Part shown: piece by piece, positions 11,541-24,673 of the stretch
How positions within the stretch are numbered: the first letter of the stretch is position 1
How the letters are laid out: each line of letters opens with the position of its first letter
DNA from: Zootoca vivipara
Lineage: Eukaryota
Assembly (NCBI RefSeq): GCF_963506605.1
Contig: NC_083281.1
Location: 27,218,001-27,282,000 of the forward strand
Direction: 5' to 3'
DNA length: 64,000 nt
The notes under the pieces: generated by a model
Told to the model about the DNA's origin: nothing
Database searches by the model: none
The model's input: only the letters and a program-made list of their open reading frames with translations
Position numbers and translations under genes: made by a program

Positions 11541-11676
11541 CAGGCATCCCCAAACTTCAGCCCTCCAGATGTTTTGGACTACAATTCCCATCATCCTTGA
11601 CCACTGGTCCTCTTAGCTAGGGATCATGGGAGTTGTAGGCCAAAACATCTGGAGGGCCGCAGTTTGGGAATGCCTG
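11541..11676. mobile_element. Palindromic hAT MITE (136 bp) in kallikrein 3' UTR
   Basis: CAGGCATCCCCAAACT...AGTTTGGGAATGCCTG; 8-bp TSD CTCTTAAG. Related copies at 59382..59517, ~61605..61740 and ~40182..40315, plus many degenerate ones. Confidence 0.9.
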
Positions 11677-12846
11677 CTCTTAAGCAACATGAGGGGGAAT
11701 AACTTAGTTGCAACTGCCTTCTTTCCGCCATGTCTTAAGTCTGCAGACCTAGGCATATTTTATCCTGGGAGTAAGACTCATCGAACACGGTGGTACTTAC
11801 TTTGAAGTAAACATGGAGAGGATGGTGCTGTGCAACACCATGCCCCACCTTGAAATCCTGATCTGGTACACATTTACTTAACAGTAAGTCACACTAAACC
11901 GAATGACACCTGTTCCCAGGAGAATGAGCATAGCTTGGTGGTCCTATTGCTGTGATGCATGAATTATTACCTCCCTCAATGCTAAAATATTGAATCTTCT
12001 GATTACATAGCAACCATAGTTTCCATGCAATCTTCTTGCTCTGAAAGCTAACACCTGAAAAATAAAGTAATCAGCAGAATTTAAGTGTCTGTCTCGTTTT
12101 CTGATCCAGTGCGGTTGACAGACAGCCCTGACAAGGAGATGTAAAATAGCGCCTTCCCCATGAGGCTTAATCCCCATGAGGCTTAATCTTATCCTCAAGA
12201 GCAGAAACTTGATAAGGAAGAATGTCTGATTAGTCATCTTTGATGTATCAGAACAAAGAACCAGCATGAACCAATTAATTGTTCTTAAGCCTTGAAGAGC
12301 TAGTTGTCATGAAGGGAGGACTAAACTCACGGTACCCAATGTGGTGCCCTCCAGACATTTTTGACTACAACTCCCATCATCCCAGACCATTCACTATACT
12401 AGCTGGAGCTGATAGGGATTGTAGTCCAAAACTTTTCTAAGACACCATGCTAGCTCTCACTGACTTAACTCATACATAGCTCCATTCCGTGCATGTACTG
12501 TATACTTAGAAGTAAGTGCCACTTTGTTCAGTGGAACTTACCCTCCTACTTTTGCACGGGGCTGTAGGCTTAGTCTGTCACTAGGCAGTTGCCTCAGGCA
12601 GCTGATTGTTGTGAAAGAGCAGCCCATTGTTATTTAAGCTACAGTGTTATTATTATTATTGTACATTACCTGACAGGGAAGGAGAGAGGCACACATGCGA
12701 TTTTCCGCCTTCAGTGCTAAAATATCCAGACAAGCGTTGGGCAATATGCACCTTGACTTGGGCAAGACCATTTGCTGCTCTCTCTCCGGCAGTAGAATGT
12801 CTTGGTCTAGCCTTCCTCCAGGCTTTAGATATTAACTCAGTACTGT

Positions 12847-12935
12847 TATCTGAAGAAGTGTGCATGCACACAAAAGCTCATACCAATGACATAGTTGGTC
12901 TCTAAGGTGCTACTGGAAGGATTTTCTTTTTATTT
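12847..12935 (+). mobile_element. Penelope-like element terminal fragment with mutated minimal hammerhead (GAAA>AAAA)
   Basis: TAT-CTGAAGA-A-GTGTGCATGCACAC-AAAA-GCTC-ATAC followed by nearly the same tail as the copy at 26965..27060. Confidence 0.75.
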
Positions 12936-15053
12936 TGTTCAGTACAATTAGAGTACAGATAGACTGAGCCAACCTGGTTCCCTGGTTTGGGAGCTAGTCA
13001 AACCCTTTCTCAGTGGCCACACCTGTTCAGGTGCCTTCATGGGCCCCTCTTTCCCCAGGCCCCACAGCTCCGGGTGGCTGGCCCCACAGAGAATCCATCC
13101 TCTGGCCCCCAGGTCCCAGGAGGGGCAAGTGGTCCTTGTGGGATTTTTTTTGTTTTGTTTTGACTCAGATATAGTATGAAATTAACTTGACTGGCCTTGG
13201 GTTCTTATGGGTACTGTGACTTGCTGGTGGTTGGTCAAGTTGCTGCTTTGTGTCAGACTGCCTCAGGCAGCAAAATGTCTTTGGCTGGTACTGGACGGAC
13301 TTGACCTTAACTCCTAGGGATTTTGTGTGCGTGTGTGATTTTTGTTAATTAAGGCACTATTTAGCCTGCATTGGCCTAAATCAAATGTGGCCCTCTAGCC
13401 CTCTGTCTGGCTCCTGGGACTCTTCCCAGGCCACGCCCCTCAGCAGCCCCAACTTCGTATCCTCCTTGCCTGACTGGAATATGGCTGCCTTTAATGATTC
13501 TTGCCTGCCTCCATGGAAAATAGAAAGTGTGTGTGTAGAAACCAGGCTACTATAAGGAAATAGAATTCATGCCCACTTTTGCCTTGGCGCCCCACCCATT
13601 ACTAGCCTATGGCCCCTGGAAGGTTGCTTAGGTGGGAGCGTGGCCCACAAGTCTGAAAAAAAGGTTCAGCACCCTTAGCCTAACATGTTTTAGCATGGTA
13701 TTTCTTCTCAGTTAACACATGTAGTGTGATTAAAAAACCCATTGCTTTGATTCAATCCTCAATATAGCTTTTTGGCATATTGCAATTTAATAGAATCACA
13801 CTGCAGCTTCCCTATGAAGTCCTGTCGCTCAAGGACTGCCATATTAAGGTCAGTTAACAATGTCCTGCAGAGTTTTGTTACTCTGCTTAATGCCAGCAAA
13901 AACCGATTAGACAAATTTAACTTCCTAGTGCCATAAAAACAAAGACCTTTAAAAATTGGAATTATTTGTGCCTGCTATAAGCTCTCTAAGGGGTGGCTAA
14001 TTAAGCTGCACTCTTCCTGTTCCTCTTCTATCTGAAGCATCTCTGGGAGCCTTTAAATCCCAGGATGGCAATGAAAAAACACACCTCTTTGGCCTACAAT
14101 TAGAAACCGGGGGGGGGGGGGGGATGAAATGATCTCTCAGGTGGCAGCAGCCAAAAGGAGAAATACCGGTAAGTAATCACGAGCAAATTCCATGGGGTGG
14201 GACAGGAAGAGAAACAGAGTGAGGAAATAGCTGGTTGGTGATATAGCTGCAGTGGCAAGGGAGTGAGCTGCAGCTGGCAGGAGCAAAACACATGTATCAA
14301 TTAGTCCTGCTCTAATTCTTTTGAAAAATCTTTGGGGATCTCAACTTATGGCAAGGCTTTTTAAAGTTTTCATGGTTTGGAAACGTTGCCTCAATTGGAA
14401 TGTGTTTTATCATTTTGTGTAAATCAGAGGCGGCCAACTTGTTTTGGGTCCATGGGCACTCTTGCATACCAGAGAAACTGCTGTGATCTGTTTGCCCCCA
14501 CAACCTATTAGGTTGGCTACAACAGTGCTTCTTTCAAGCCTAATTTCAGTCTGTGCAGGAAGGTGCAGCGTTTTGGAAGGGACCCCAAGGATCACCTATT
14601 CTAGTCCAACTCACTGCAATGCATATGCAGCTATCCCATACAGGGATTGAACCTGCAACCTTTTTAACGTGTGGCTGGACACAAAATGTGGGTTTTCGTG
14701 TGTGTGTGTGTGCAGTTGGAAAGCTGATAACGTGGAATTTGGTTTGGAAAAATCTGCACTTTCAGTCCACTATCTTGATTCAAAATGGCATCCAACTCTA
14801 TCCATAGATGAAAACCTGCTTCTTGATCTCAGGAACCATCACGAAAAAGGTGGTTACGGTATCTTCAGAGGGGTCCAAATGCAGAGATCGGACAAATTTC
14901 CAAATTATTTAGCAGATTTTTATATGAGATTTAAAGGAATGGTTATATGAATCACATTGTGCAAGATCAAGCCAATATTAAGCACTTCTAGTTCCACAGA
15001 ATGTAATGTGCTGACAGATAACATTCCAATGGAAATTAATGGGACTTAAAAGT

Positions 15054-15933
15054 GTCTCCCTGCCTATTTAACTTATATGCAGAATTCATCACGCGAAAGG
15101 CTGGACTGGATGAATCCCAAGCCGGAATTAAGATTGCTGGAAGAAATATCAACAACCTCAGATATGCTTATGACACAACCTTGACAGCAGAAAGTGATGA
15201 GGAATTAAAGAATTTTTTAATGAGGGTGAAAGAGGGGAGCACAAAATATGGTCTGAAGCTCAACATAAAAAAAACTAAGATCATGGCCACCGGTCCCATC
15301 ACCTCCTGGCAAATAGAAGGGGAAGAAATGGAGGCAGTGAGAGATTTTACTTTCTTAGGTTCCATGATCACTGCAGATGGTGACAGCAGTCACGAAATTA
15401 AGACGCCTGCTTCTTGGGAGAAAAGCAATGACAAACCTAGACAGCATCTTAAAAAGCCGAGACATCACCTTGCCGACAAAGGTCCATATAGTTAAAGCTA
15501 TGGTTTTCCCAGTAGTGATGTATGGAAATGAGAGCTGGACCATAAAGAAGGCTGAAGAATTGATGCTTTTGAATTATGGTGCTGGAGGAGACACTTGAGA
15601 GTCCCATGGACTGCAAGAAGATCAAACCTATCCATTCTTAAGGAAATCAGCCCTGAGTGCTCACTGGAAGGACAGATCCTGAAGCTGAGGCTCCAATACT
15701 TTGGCCACCTCATGAGAAGAGAAGACTCCCTGGAAAAGACCCTGATGTTGGGAAAGATGGAGGGCACAAGGAGAAAGGGACGACAAAGGATGAGATGGTT
15801 GGACAGTGTTCTCGAAGCCACCAACATGAATTTGACCAAACTGTGGGAGGCAGTGGAAGACAGGAGTGCCTGGCGTGCTCTGGTCCATGGGGTCACGAAG
15901 AGTCGGACACGACTAAACGACTAAACAACAACA
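15054..15933 (+). mobile_element. 5'-truncated BovB/RTE LINE (RT C-terminus, frameshifted)
   Basis: Three overlapping ORFs give SPCLFNLYAE...NINNLRYAYDTTL...YFGHLMRREDSLEKTLMLGK...[17 protein letters not shown]. (AAC)n tail and probable AAAAGT TSD. Confidence 0.95.
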
Positions 15934-18900
15934 AAAAGTCATTTGCTTGCCCAGATCTTGTTCAAAAGCAATTTAGGACAGCCAAAAGTTGTACCTTCTC
16001 ATAAAATCTGTAATTAACTGATGGAATTTGCTTTTGTGAACCGTAGTAGCAGCAACTAGTTGAAACAGGTTTTCTAAGTACTGGGTAAATCCAGGTTTAT
16101 CAAGTGCTATAATTTCCTCTATGGCTGCACACACCAGCATCTTGAGCATAAGTTGTTATTTAGAGGGTATTCGATGTTGGACAGGATCAAGTAGCCTCTA
16201 GCATTCAAGACTACTAAAATCCCCTATTCTCTGAACATGGTGAAGCGGCTGGGAAGAGCTCGAAATAGGAACTCTGCAGCAGAAGGGATGGTAACTCCTT
16301 TATTACATGTGCTCATCCACAGACATAACACACACACCAGAAATTTACACAAATGAAAGCAGGGCTAAAGTTCACCTGATACAAGGTGAAAGCGGAAGCT
16401 ACATCACATCAGGACGAGTATCAAAAACCTAGTTTCTACAAGCAAGAAAACACTTTGCTCCCATTTCAACACACTAATACAAACCTGGGGGGGAGCTTCA
16501 GAAAAGACCCTTCCCTTCCCACTCCATTTCTCAAATATGTTGCAGAAGTAAAGCCCAGCTTGAAGCACTGAAGAATGCTTGATATCCAGCAAACAGCTGG
16601 TTCATCAAACCGTGACTACTTTGGCTGGTTACAAGCGAGGAGGGAGAATTCTGTGGGTTATGAGGCCAGTCATTATGGTGGACCTTGGAGCCCATGTCTT
16701 TTTTGGCCAGTAACACAAGCTCTCTCTTAAGCAAGCTTAATTTAAGGTTGCTGCATGGTGGCTTGTTCAAAAAGCTTTTGAGTGGCTAGACTCTTCAGAG
16801 ATACCACAGCATGAGAATACCATGTAGGTCTGCCAGACTGCATGGCAAACCTCCATGCCAGCAGCTCTGAGGGAGATAGAGCAATGACACGGGGACACAC
16901 CGCAAGATCAAGGCAAACTACATTGACAACAGTGGGGCTTGCATGATGTGGAAGTGTTTGCAACTGCCTTGCACCTGCAACATATAGAGTTTGCTTCAGT
17001 TTATAGGGCTGTTGGATGTAGTGAGGAGGTAAGCCTGTGGCAGAACCCTGAATTCCCCAAAGGTGTTCAAAGTCTGCCCTGCCACACAAAATGTCTGGGG
17101 AGTGTTACAAAGTGACTTTTCAATATTTTCCACACAAATTCTCCCAGGATGAGCAGGGCAGGCCATCTCTCCAAATTAAGAGGCACCCCTCCAAACATAA
17201 AGCAAGGAAGGGAATCAGGGGGAAAACATTATCTTGGCAATCATAAACTGATGGGAGGAGGGCATGGGAGACTGTTTGAGGAGTGGGGGAAGAGGTGTGA
17301 CTCAGATGCCTCAGACCAACCTGAGGCAGACTGGCAGGTATCATTTTCATCACAAGACCCTTCCCTTCTGCATCCTATCAGAATGCTCATATGTACATAC
17401 ATTCCAAAGTCATGCCCACCCCCCATCCCTTTTGAAAAGCTCTCAAGTTCCCTTCATGCTTTGTCCTTTCTCCAACTTACCCCTATGGCATTAATGCACA
17501 GAGGGCATTCTTTAAGCTGCAGCAAGGACCAAGCAAGATTTTGAATTTCCCCTTCTTCTCCCCGTTATGTATATACACACAAAAAAAGTCAGATGATGTG
17601 AAAGGTTCTGCTCCAGTTAATGGTTTCCGTGCAGGGAAAGGCTGTGTAAAGGTCTTTTCATGCTCGGCAACTGCACTGTGATGTCTGAGTTCCGGATTCC
17701 TCTGGCCCATTTAGGTTTTTCCCGCTCGGCTTGGTAGATAACTAGGTCTTTGATTCTCTCAGTCTGTAAGGAAAATCAAGGACTCGTCAGAAATGGTAAA
17801 CAATTCCAGAAATGTAGAGCTGGCCAAATACATTCAGATGTTCAAAGCAGCCAGGTGAAATGGTGTGCACAGAAAACCATGATACTCTGTAGCTGACCAC
17901 ATGCTGTCCTTTAATGATATTCCTAATCCTGGCACCTGAGATGGACAGCTTAATCCTTAATTATAGGTATCATCTATCTATTACTTACATGAATGAACAC
18001 TAGCCTAAGAATAGCACCTTAGGTACAAAGCAACAAACTTGACTTTTTTTTACAATGCCCTGGTTCACGTCACACTAAACCACAGGCAAAAACTGTGGTT
18101 TAATGTGAATGAGCTGGTGTGATGTGATGTGCAAACCAAACTAATGCCTCTTTGGACCAAAATTTATTTATTTATTGCCTTTTCTTCAATTAAGTCAGGG
18201 TAACATCTATGTGTTTCTCCACTCCACCCTGCCTGATTTATCCTAACAACCCTATAAGATAGGTTATGATGATAGTGCCTGGCACAAGTTACCTAGGGAG
18301 CATCATCGCTGAATTGAACCCGGGCCTCCCTGGCCCTAATCTAACACTCTAAACCTGGCCGTCCCCAACCTTTAGCCCTCCAGATGTTGAAGAGACTCCA
18401 GGTCCCCTTAGCCCCAAGCAGGATGGCCAATGGCCTCGGGTGATGGGAGTGGTAGTCCAGAAACATCTGAAGGGCACTATCTGGGAAGATGGCTGCTCCA
18501 TCCATTGTGACACACTGTCATCAGGTAATTTTGCCCCCCCCCCCCCAATTCTAAAACGTATATATACAAGACCAGCCAACAACAGGCTCTGATGATAGCT
18601 TCCAAAATCTGTTCTCCAGCTGCCAATTCCCTCCCTCCAGCCTTGGAGGATAGCTGTCTTGGTTTGTTCTTCACAGTCAACCATATTTTCTTAGCCTATG
18701 ACCACCATACATGGGATGCCCAGTTAAAGATCCAATGGCTACTCTTGTGGCTGAAAGTCAGTGAAGTTATACACTCACAAGTCAGTCAAACCTGTGCACA
18801 CAGAGTTGTTCACATATTCCATCTTAAAAAGTGGGTTGCCTCAGCAGCATGTAGCGGAAACTTCAAAAGATGCCTGTTTCCTTGGCTACTTTCACTGTGT

Positions 18901-19284
18901 AATAACCTGGTAGTCCCTATGTATCTACTTCCCGCTTTGTCAGTCAAAATTCCTGTGCATCTCAAAGTCACATGCAAAAAAATCTAGTTTTTAATGTTTC
19001 ATCAGCTCATCACTGGCAGAAGCAGTAAATAGAGAACTCATACTGGCAACCAAGCATTCATAGGAGGAGCTCTAACAGCTTGGCTCTTTACCATCTTGTG
19101 AAGTGCTGGGGAGAATTCAGCACACATGCAGGTCAAAGGGGTTGCCTAGAACCCATCCAATGCAGGTGCACTGCAATGTTACTACTAACAGAACCCGAAG
19201 AAAATTTAAGCAATGTACTGAATTGATAATGGTCACTTCCTGCTACCTACCAATAACCCGTCCTGCTTGTCTGATTCAGTGACT

Positions 19285-20136
19285 TCAGCGGAGCCAACTC
19301 CTTGCTGAAGACCGTTGCCTTGCCCTTTCAGGGTAGGGTCGTCTCCCAGGCTCAGGGTGCAGAAACTGGTAGTCTTCTGCCAGGGCTACAGCCTCATCCC
19401 CATTTTCAGGGTGACGTTCCCGAACCCAGCGCTGGGCATCCTCTGGGAGGAGGTTCAGGAATTGCTCGAGCACCAACTGCTCCACAATCTCCTCCTTGCT
19501 GCGGGCCTCTGGTTTTAACCACTGGAACAGCAGTTCCTGGAGTCGCTCAAAGGCCACTTGGGGCCCTTCAGTCTCTTTGTAGGTAAAACCCCGGAAGCGT
19601 TTGCGCTGGTTCTCGGAGCCAACGTTCAGCAGGCATGGGATAGCATGCTCCACCTTGGCACATCCTCCAGCCCGGCCGGCAGCCAGACTGCTATGAGCCT
19701 GCTGCGCCTCCCCAAAGAGATCTGGCAGGAGCATGGCCCTTCCTGGCTCTCTGGCCTCCTGGCAGACATCTGGCATTTCTTTAAAGATGTCAGCATCATC
19801 ATCATCATCCTCCATCATCCGCTTCGCCCCTTTCCCTTCTCCCAAGGGCAGCACTGGAACTGACACAGAAGCCTCTGCAGCAGGGGGCACCAAGGATTTT
19901 TCAGTCTTTGGTTTCTCTTCTTGTTTTACCTGCAATCTTGGGGCTTGACGCTGATCAGTAGGCTGCTGCGTCATCTCCGAATGTTCGGCTCCTCCTCCTG
20001 AACACTCACCAGCTGCTTTGACCTCGCCTCTATCCAAGTCCTGGTGCTCAGCCATGTTGGTGCTACCTGGATCCCTCTCCTTTGCAGGATCACTGCAGGA
20101 TGCATCTAGGCTCTGCTCATTCACCTTGGTGGCCAT
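19285..20136 (-). CDS. SCAN-domain-only protein (SCAND1-like architecture), 283 aa, single coding exon
   Basis: ATG 20136 (MATKVNEQ), acidic low-complexity N-terminus, then a clear SCAN domain ([17 protein letters not shown]...[22 protein letters not shown]...EAVALAEDY) and TGA at 19285. Acceptor TTTGCAG at 20237. Upstream non-coding exon donor AAG|GTACGC at 21893. Candidate AATAAA near 18171. Confidence 0.8.
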   Translation of the reverse strand: MATKVNEQSLDASCSDPAKERDPGSTNMAEHQDLDRGEVKAAGECSGGGAEHSEMTQQPTDQRQAPRLQVKQEEKPKTEKSLVPPAAEASVSVPVLPLGEGKGAKRMMEDDDDDADIFKEMPDVCQEAREPGRAMLLPDLFGEAQQAHSSLAAGRAGGCAKVEHAIPCLLNVGSENQRKRFRGFTYKETEGPQVAFERLQELLFQWLKPEARSKEEIVEQLVLEQFLNLLPEDAQRWVRERHPENGDEAVALAEDYQFLHPEPGRRPYPERARQRSSARSWLR

Positions 20137-21479
20137 TTTCCACAACAAGGCTGTTTGCTAACCCTGTAGCTATGCTAGGATGTTTGGTGAACAAAGTACC
20201 CGGTAGGTGCTGCTTTTTCTTTGCTTCAAGAAAACTCTGCAAAGGGCAAGGGGTGGAGGAAGAGAGAGAAAGAGAGCAATACAGACAATTGATATTCAGG
20301 CTGTGCTTCAGCATCTGACTAAGACATATTCTGAAATCAAAGGACTTAAAGTTAGTCAAATTCATTGATTCCAATGGCATTACTTAAGAGTATGACTTAA
20401 TGCAGGGATGAAGAACCTTTTTCAGCTTGAAGGCCACATGTCCCATATCAGTGGTGAGTGGGCACCAGAGGCAAAAGTGGGCCAAGCAACCAGTGTAAAT
20501 GCCACCTTTCTACAGTAGGCTAGTTTCTACACATATCCTTTTCTGTCCTCCATCCAAGCAAGCAAGAGTCGTTTTCAGAATTCAAAGACACTTTCCATGC
20601 AGACAAAAACTTTCAAGGAGAGTGTGAAGGCCAGTGGAACGTGTGGCCAGGAGGGGAAGGCTGAGATTCCTGGAGGGCTGCATAAGGCCCTGGTCCTGAG
20701 GTTCCTTGTATGGTAATTTTGCCTGTTTCAACACATGGCCAGTTCTGGCCAGTTTGATTCATGTGAGAAAATAAAACAAAGTAAGATTTGATTACTCACA
20801 CATGAGTGGAAAGGGAGGGCTTCCCTGAAATGGTTAAATTGGGGAGATGGGGGAAGTACCAGAACTCAGTGCACATGTAGATGCTCCCAAGTTCAACTTC
20901 AAGCACCCCTATAGATGGAAAGGATTAGGTAGCAGGTGATGGAAAGATCTCTGCTCAAGCCTCTGAAGGGCAAACAGTTCTGTGCTATAGGCTAGAATGC
21001 TGCTCCAGCATGCCCTCAAATGGGGAAAGCATTTCCGCCCCTTTTCAATAATGTGACCTAATCAGTGTGTGTGAGATCCCATTATACAGCAAAATCAGTC
21101 CAACAGTAAGATCCTGGATTCCCCCTAATTTATTCTAACCATCGTATGGGAAGATGGATAATTCTTACAAACTCAATAGAATGGATAAAATACCCCATCT
21201 TCAGAAGCCATTTGCACAAAACATTACAGCCTAGGTAAGTTTCCTCAGAAATAAATCTTAATAGTCTTCCAGTGGGGCTTATTCCCAAGTAAATGCACTC
21301 CGATTTCAGCCTTTAATGTGACTTAAGGTCCTGCATATAAATAGAGAACGAGCGCCATTGCCTGCCTTTTCTTTCCTCACGGGGCTTACAAAGAACTGCC
21401 TGCGCTTTTTCTCCCTGCGTCTTTTACGCACAACTGAAGCCAGATATTCCACTGAGGTCAATGAGCCACGGAGCTTAGG

Positions 21480-22380
21480 GTTGCAGCATTAAAGCAACAC
21501 ACACAAAAGCAGGCGCTTGTTCAGAATAGCGGCATTCTGAAGCGCTCCAAACCTAGGCAGGAAACCGATTCCGTCCTCGCGCATGAAAAAATCGGGGAAA
21601 ATAAAAGTAAATAAAACCGACGCGGTTTTCATTCCCTTTCTCGATGGGGAACCCACGTAGGTTTTGCACGACGGGCGGCAGGTGCCCAAACTTATTGAAG
21701 CGTCGCTCCGGTGAGGACTGCTCGATTCGGATTCACTCCGCCTCAGTGAGAACAGCCTAATTCGGATTTACCCACCCCTGTTCCTTTAGCAACCAGAAGA
21801 GGAAATGTGCAAAGGGAATGAAAGGAAGAAGCCGGTGCCAACTGCCCCCTCCCCCCGCATCCCTTTTGTTTTGATCTGGGCAACTGCGCGTACCTTCACC
21901 CAGCCGAGGCCTCTTTCCAACACTCTGGCCCCGCCTCCGGAAGTTCCCCAGGTACTTCCGGGAGAGAGAAAGCAAGAAAGAGCCAATTGCGACTGACGCT
22001 TTCTACGCGAAGAAGCCGAACGCGAGAAAGGGCCATAGAGCTATACATCTGTGAAGAACATTCAGGGTTTACTTGGACTGGTGAAAACAACAGGCTTAGA
22101 AAGCCGTTGGCCATTTTTTAAAAAGCGTGACGTGATCCATGACGTGACCAGGAGGGGCGGGGAAAGCTCCAGAACCCACAACTGGGTGGTTGTTGGAGCT
22201 TCGCATGGGAGCGTTCAGTGAAACAGACAAAGAAAGACGGGAAGGGCATCATGGAGATTCGGCGGGTAGAGCGGCACTTCCGTTTAAACGGTCTTTCCCT
22301 CTTCCCCCGGAAATGACGCTCATCTGTAATTCTCAGCCCCACCCACCACGACGTTCCAACGTAGCTGGTGTTGTACAGGA
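21480..22380 (-). promoter_or_regulatory. CpG-rich promoter and non-coding exon 1 of the SCAN-only gene
   Basis: CpG enrichment; ETS sites CCGGAAGT (21937) and ACTTCCGG (21954); GC box; CCAAT; YY1-type GCCATTTT (22110); two TGACGTGA CRE-like sites (22128, 22140); donor at 21893. Confidence 0.75.
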
Positions 22381-22474
22381 AGTCAGTTGTGGTAGGCAAG
22401 CTGTCAGGGAAGCGTGTCCTCCCATCTCAACACTCTCACAACCCCAGCAGCTTGAAGGCCTCTGCAGTACTTTC

Positions 22475-23050
22475 ATTCATTTATTTCCCAAAATTTATAC
22501 ACCGCTTGGTTCTTAAAAAAAAAGCAACAACCCTCAAAAGGGGTTTGCAAAAAGGCAAAACAGTAAAATCGAGAAAAAATCGCAACCATGCTTTAAAACA
22601 TACGAAAGTTAAAATACTAAAACATTAAAATTATCTCAGCTTTCTAAGCATCTAGGTAGGCTTGTCTACACAGGATTTTTTTTTGCAGGCCCAAAACTGG
22701 ACAGTGAAGGCACTTGCTTGATCTCAATAGGCAGGGAGTTTCAAAGTGCAGGTGCTGCCACACTAAATGATTCTTACAATTGTGGGATGGGTATTATGTG
22801 GCACCCACAGCAGTGCCAATTCCACCAATCAAAGTGTTCAAGTGGGCATGTGGGATAAGGTGATCTTGTAGGTAAACTGGTCCAAAATTGTTAAGGGCTT
22901 TATATGCTAATACAGTAGCAACATTCTGAACTTGGCCCAGTAGCAAATCGGCAACCAGTGTAGATCTCTGAACATGGATGTTATATGCTGACTAGGCCTC
23001 TTGTCACCAATTGTACTGCAGCATTGTGCACTAGCTGCAGCTAGAAGACA
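22475..23050 (-). mobile_element. Degenerate L2-type LINE 3' fragment
   Basis: Resembles squamate L2 3' ends; recognised by eye, boundaries approximate. Confidence 0.5.
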
Positions 23051-24673
23051 TTGCAGGGCAGCTTCAACCTTTGGTAAACATTACAAGCTGGATGTGTATG
23101 CTTCTGCCAAGGAATCCTTCAGTAGGAGGGTATTAGAACAGGTAGTTTATCAGTAAAGTAGCAGCCCCACATCTTGATCCCCCATGTCAGTTAAGCTTTG
23201 GGAAATCCCATTCAAGGCTCCCCTCCTCACTGCAGGAAAATGTGACATTGGACCTACCAAGAAGGTTCATTTTCTGCAGTGAATGAAGGGGCACTTGCCC
23301 ACCCTAAGAGATTTGAGTTTGATCTCCACTGCAAGCTTATTGCTTTTTTCTTGTTTGTTTTCTCTCTAATCAGCAATTTTTTTTAGTTTTCTCAATTCTG
23401 TTCTCTGGATCAGTTGTTTTTTGACATTTGATCTCCGTAGGCTTGAGCTTGGATACCTTCAACTGGAGAGGTCGCTTTCCTGCTGCAAGGTAAGAACAGC
23501 TCTAATTTGCATATTCCTGTTTAGTAGAGTGAGTGAGAGGGACAACCCATGCAAGGATCCCCTCCATTCCCTGCAGAAAAGGAACCTTCACAGTAGGTCT
23601 AATGACACATTTTATTAATTTTAAACTCATTTATTAATTGATGTTCCTTGTATATTATTAAATTATGGTAATTCTCTTTGGTTACCCACAAAATAAATGC
23701 TCCAATTCAATTATCTGCAGCTGTCGTTTATATATACCTTTTCTGGAGGAGTCCCAGGTTCAATTCCTGCTCTATACCATAATTCAATGAATTTCAAGTC
23801 GCAGGGTTGGGAAAGACTCTTACCCCAAAGCAATCCTATCAGCTAGAAAGACCAGTAGTCCGACTTCACATAAGACAGCTGCATCAGTTCAGATAATGAA
23901 GGTGTGCTTAAGGCACTGAGATGTTGCCCGTGGGTCAACCCCCCCCCCCGTAAAACATAGCATGAGAAACTATCCATCACCACCATGAAATTAAATATGT
24001 GTACTGTATTAGTTCACATCCACTTCTTGCTACCCTTGCATATTTCATCTCTCCTCCTCTCTCCACACCTGCCTTTTTTTTGCTCATACCTTCAAGCACT
24101 ATGGTAAGAACCAGAGTCCATGGTTCTTTTTGTAACTTTCAAGGTATGAAAAATTGACTAAACATAAATACTAAACTAGACCATTTCACAGCCTTTGCCT
24201 AGTACAATGTTCCCTCTGGAGGCAGTGTGCACCTTTGATTTAGGTATTTCTGACTTGAGGCCTGAACAGGAATCTCTGCCAATTGGTTCAACACCCATGC
24301 TATTTAGTGCCCACAGACAATATACAAAAACGTTCCCAGTTGCTTTATTTAGAGCTAAGCAGGAAAGAAACAGGTACTACAGTATAAAAACAAACAAATC
24401 CTAGAGTAACATTAGAAGGACAGTAATGACAGTCAACATTTGCACCACAGCAGGCAAAGAGCTTCAGCTCTAGAGCCTGCTGCAGTCTGAGCAACTTACA
24501 TGATATGCTAAGGGTAGGGGTCAGGGACAAAAGATAATGAATGTAGCAAGATTGGCTGTCTCAGACAACCAAGAGCTGAAGGAGCTTTTTCCTTTTAATT
24601 CAGGTCCTCATCCTAGCGTCAATATTGCTGCTGAATTTCTTGATGCTCAATTTCTTGATGCTCAGCTTATGTT

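Noticed and set aside
12000-19280. C2H2 zinc-finger exon downstream of the SCAN genes
   Set aside because: No CxxC...HxxxH or TGEKP arrays seen in the ORF track or by eye; the region is repeats and non-coding sequence.
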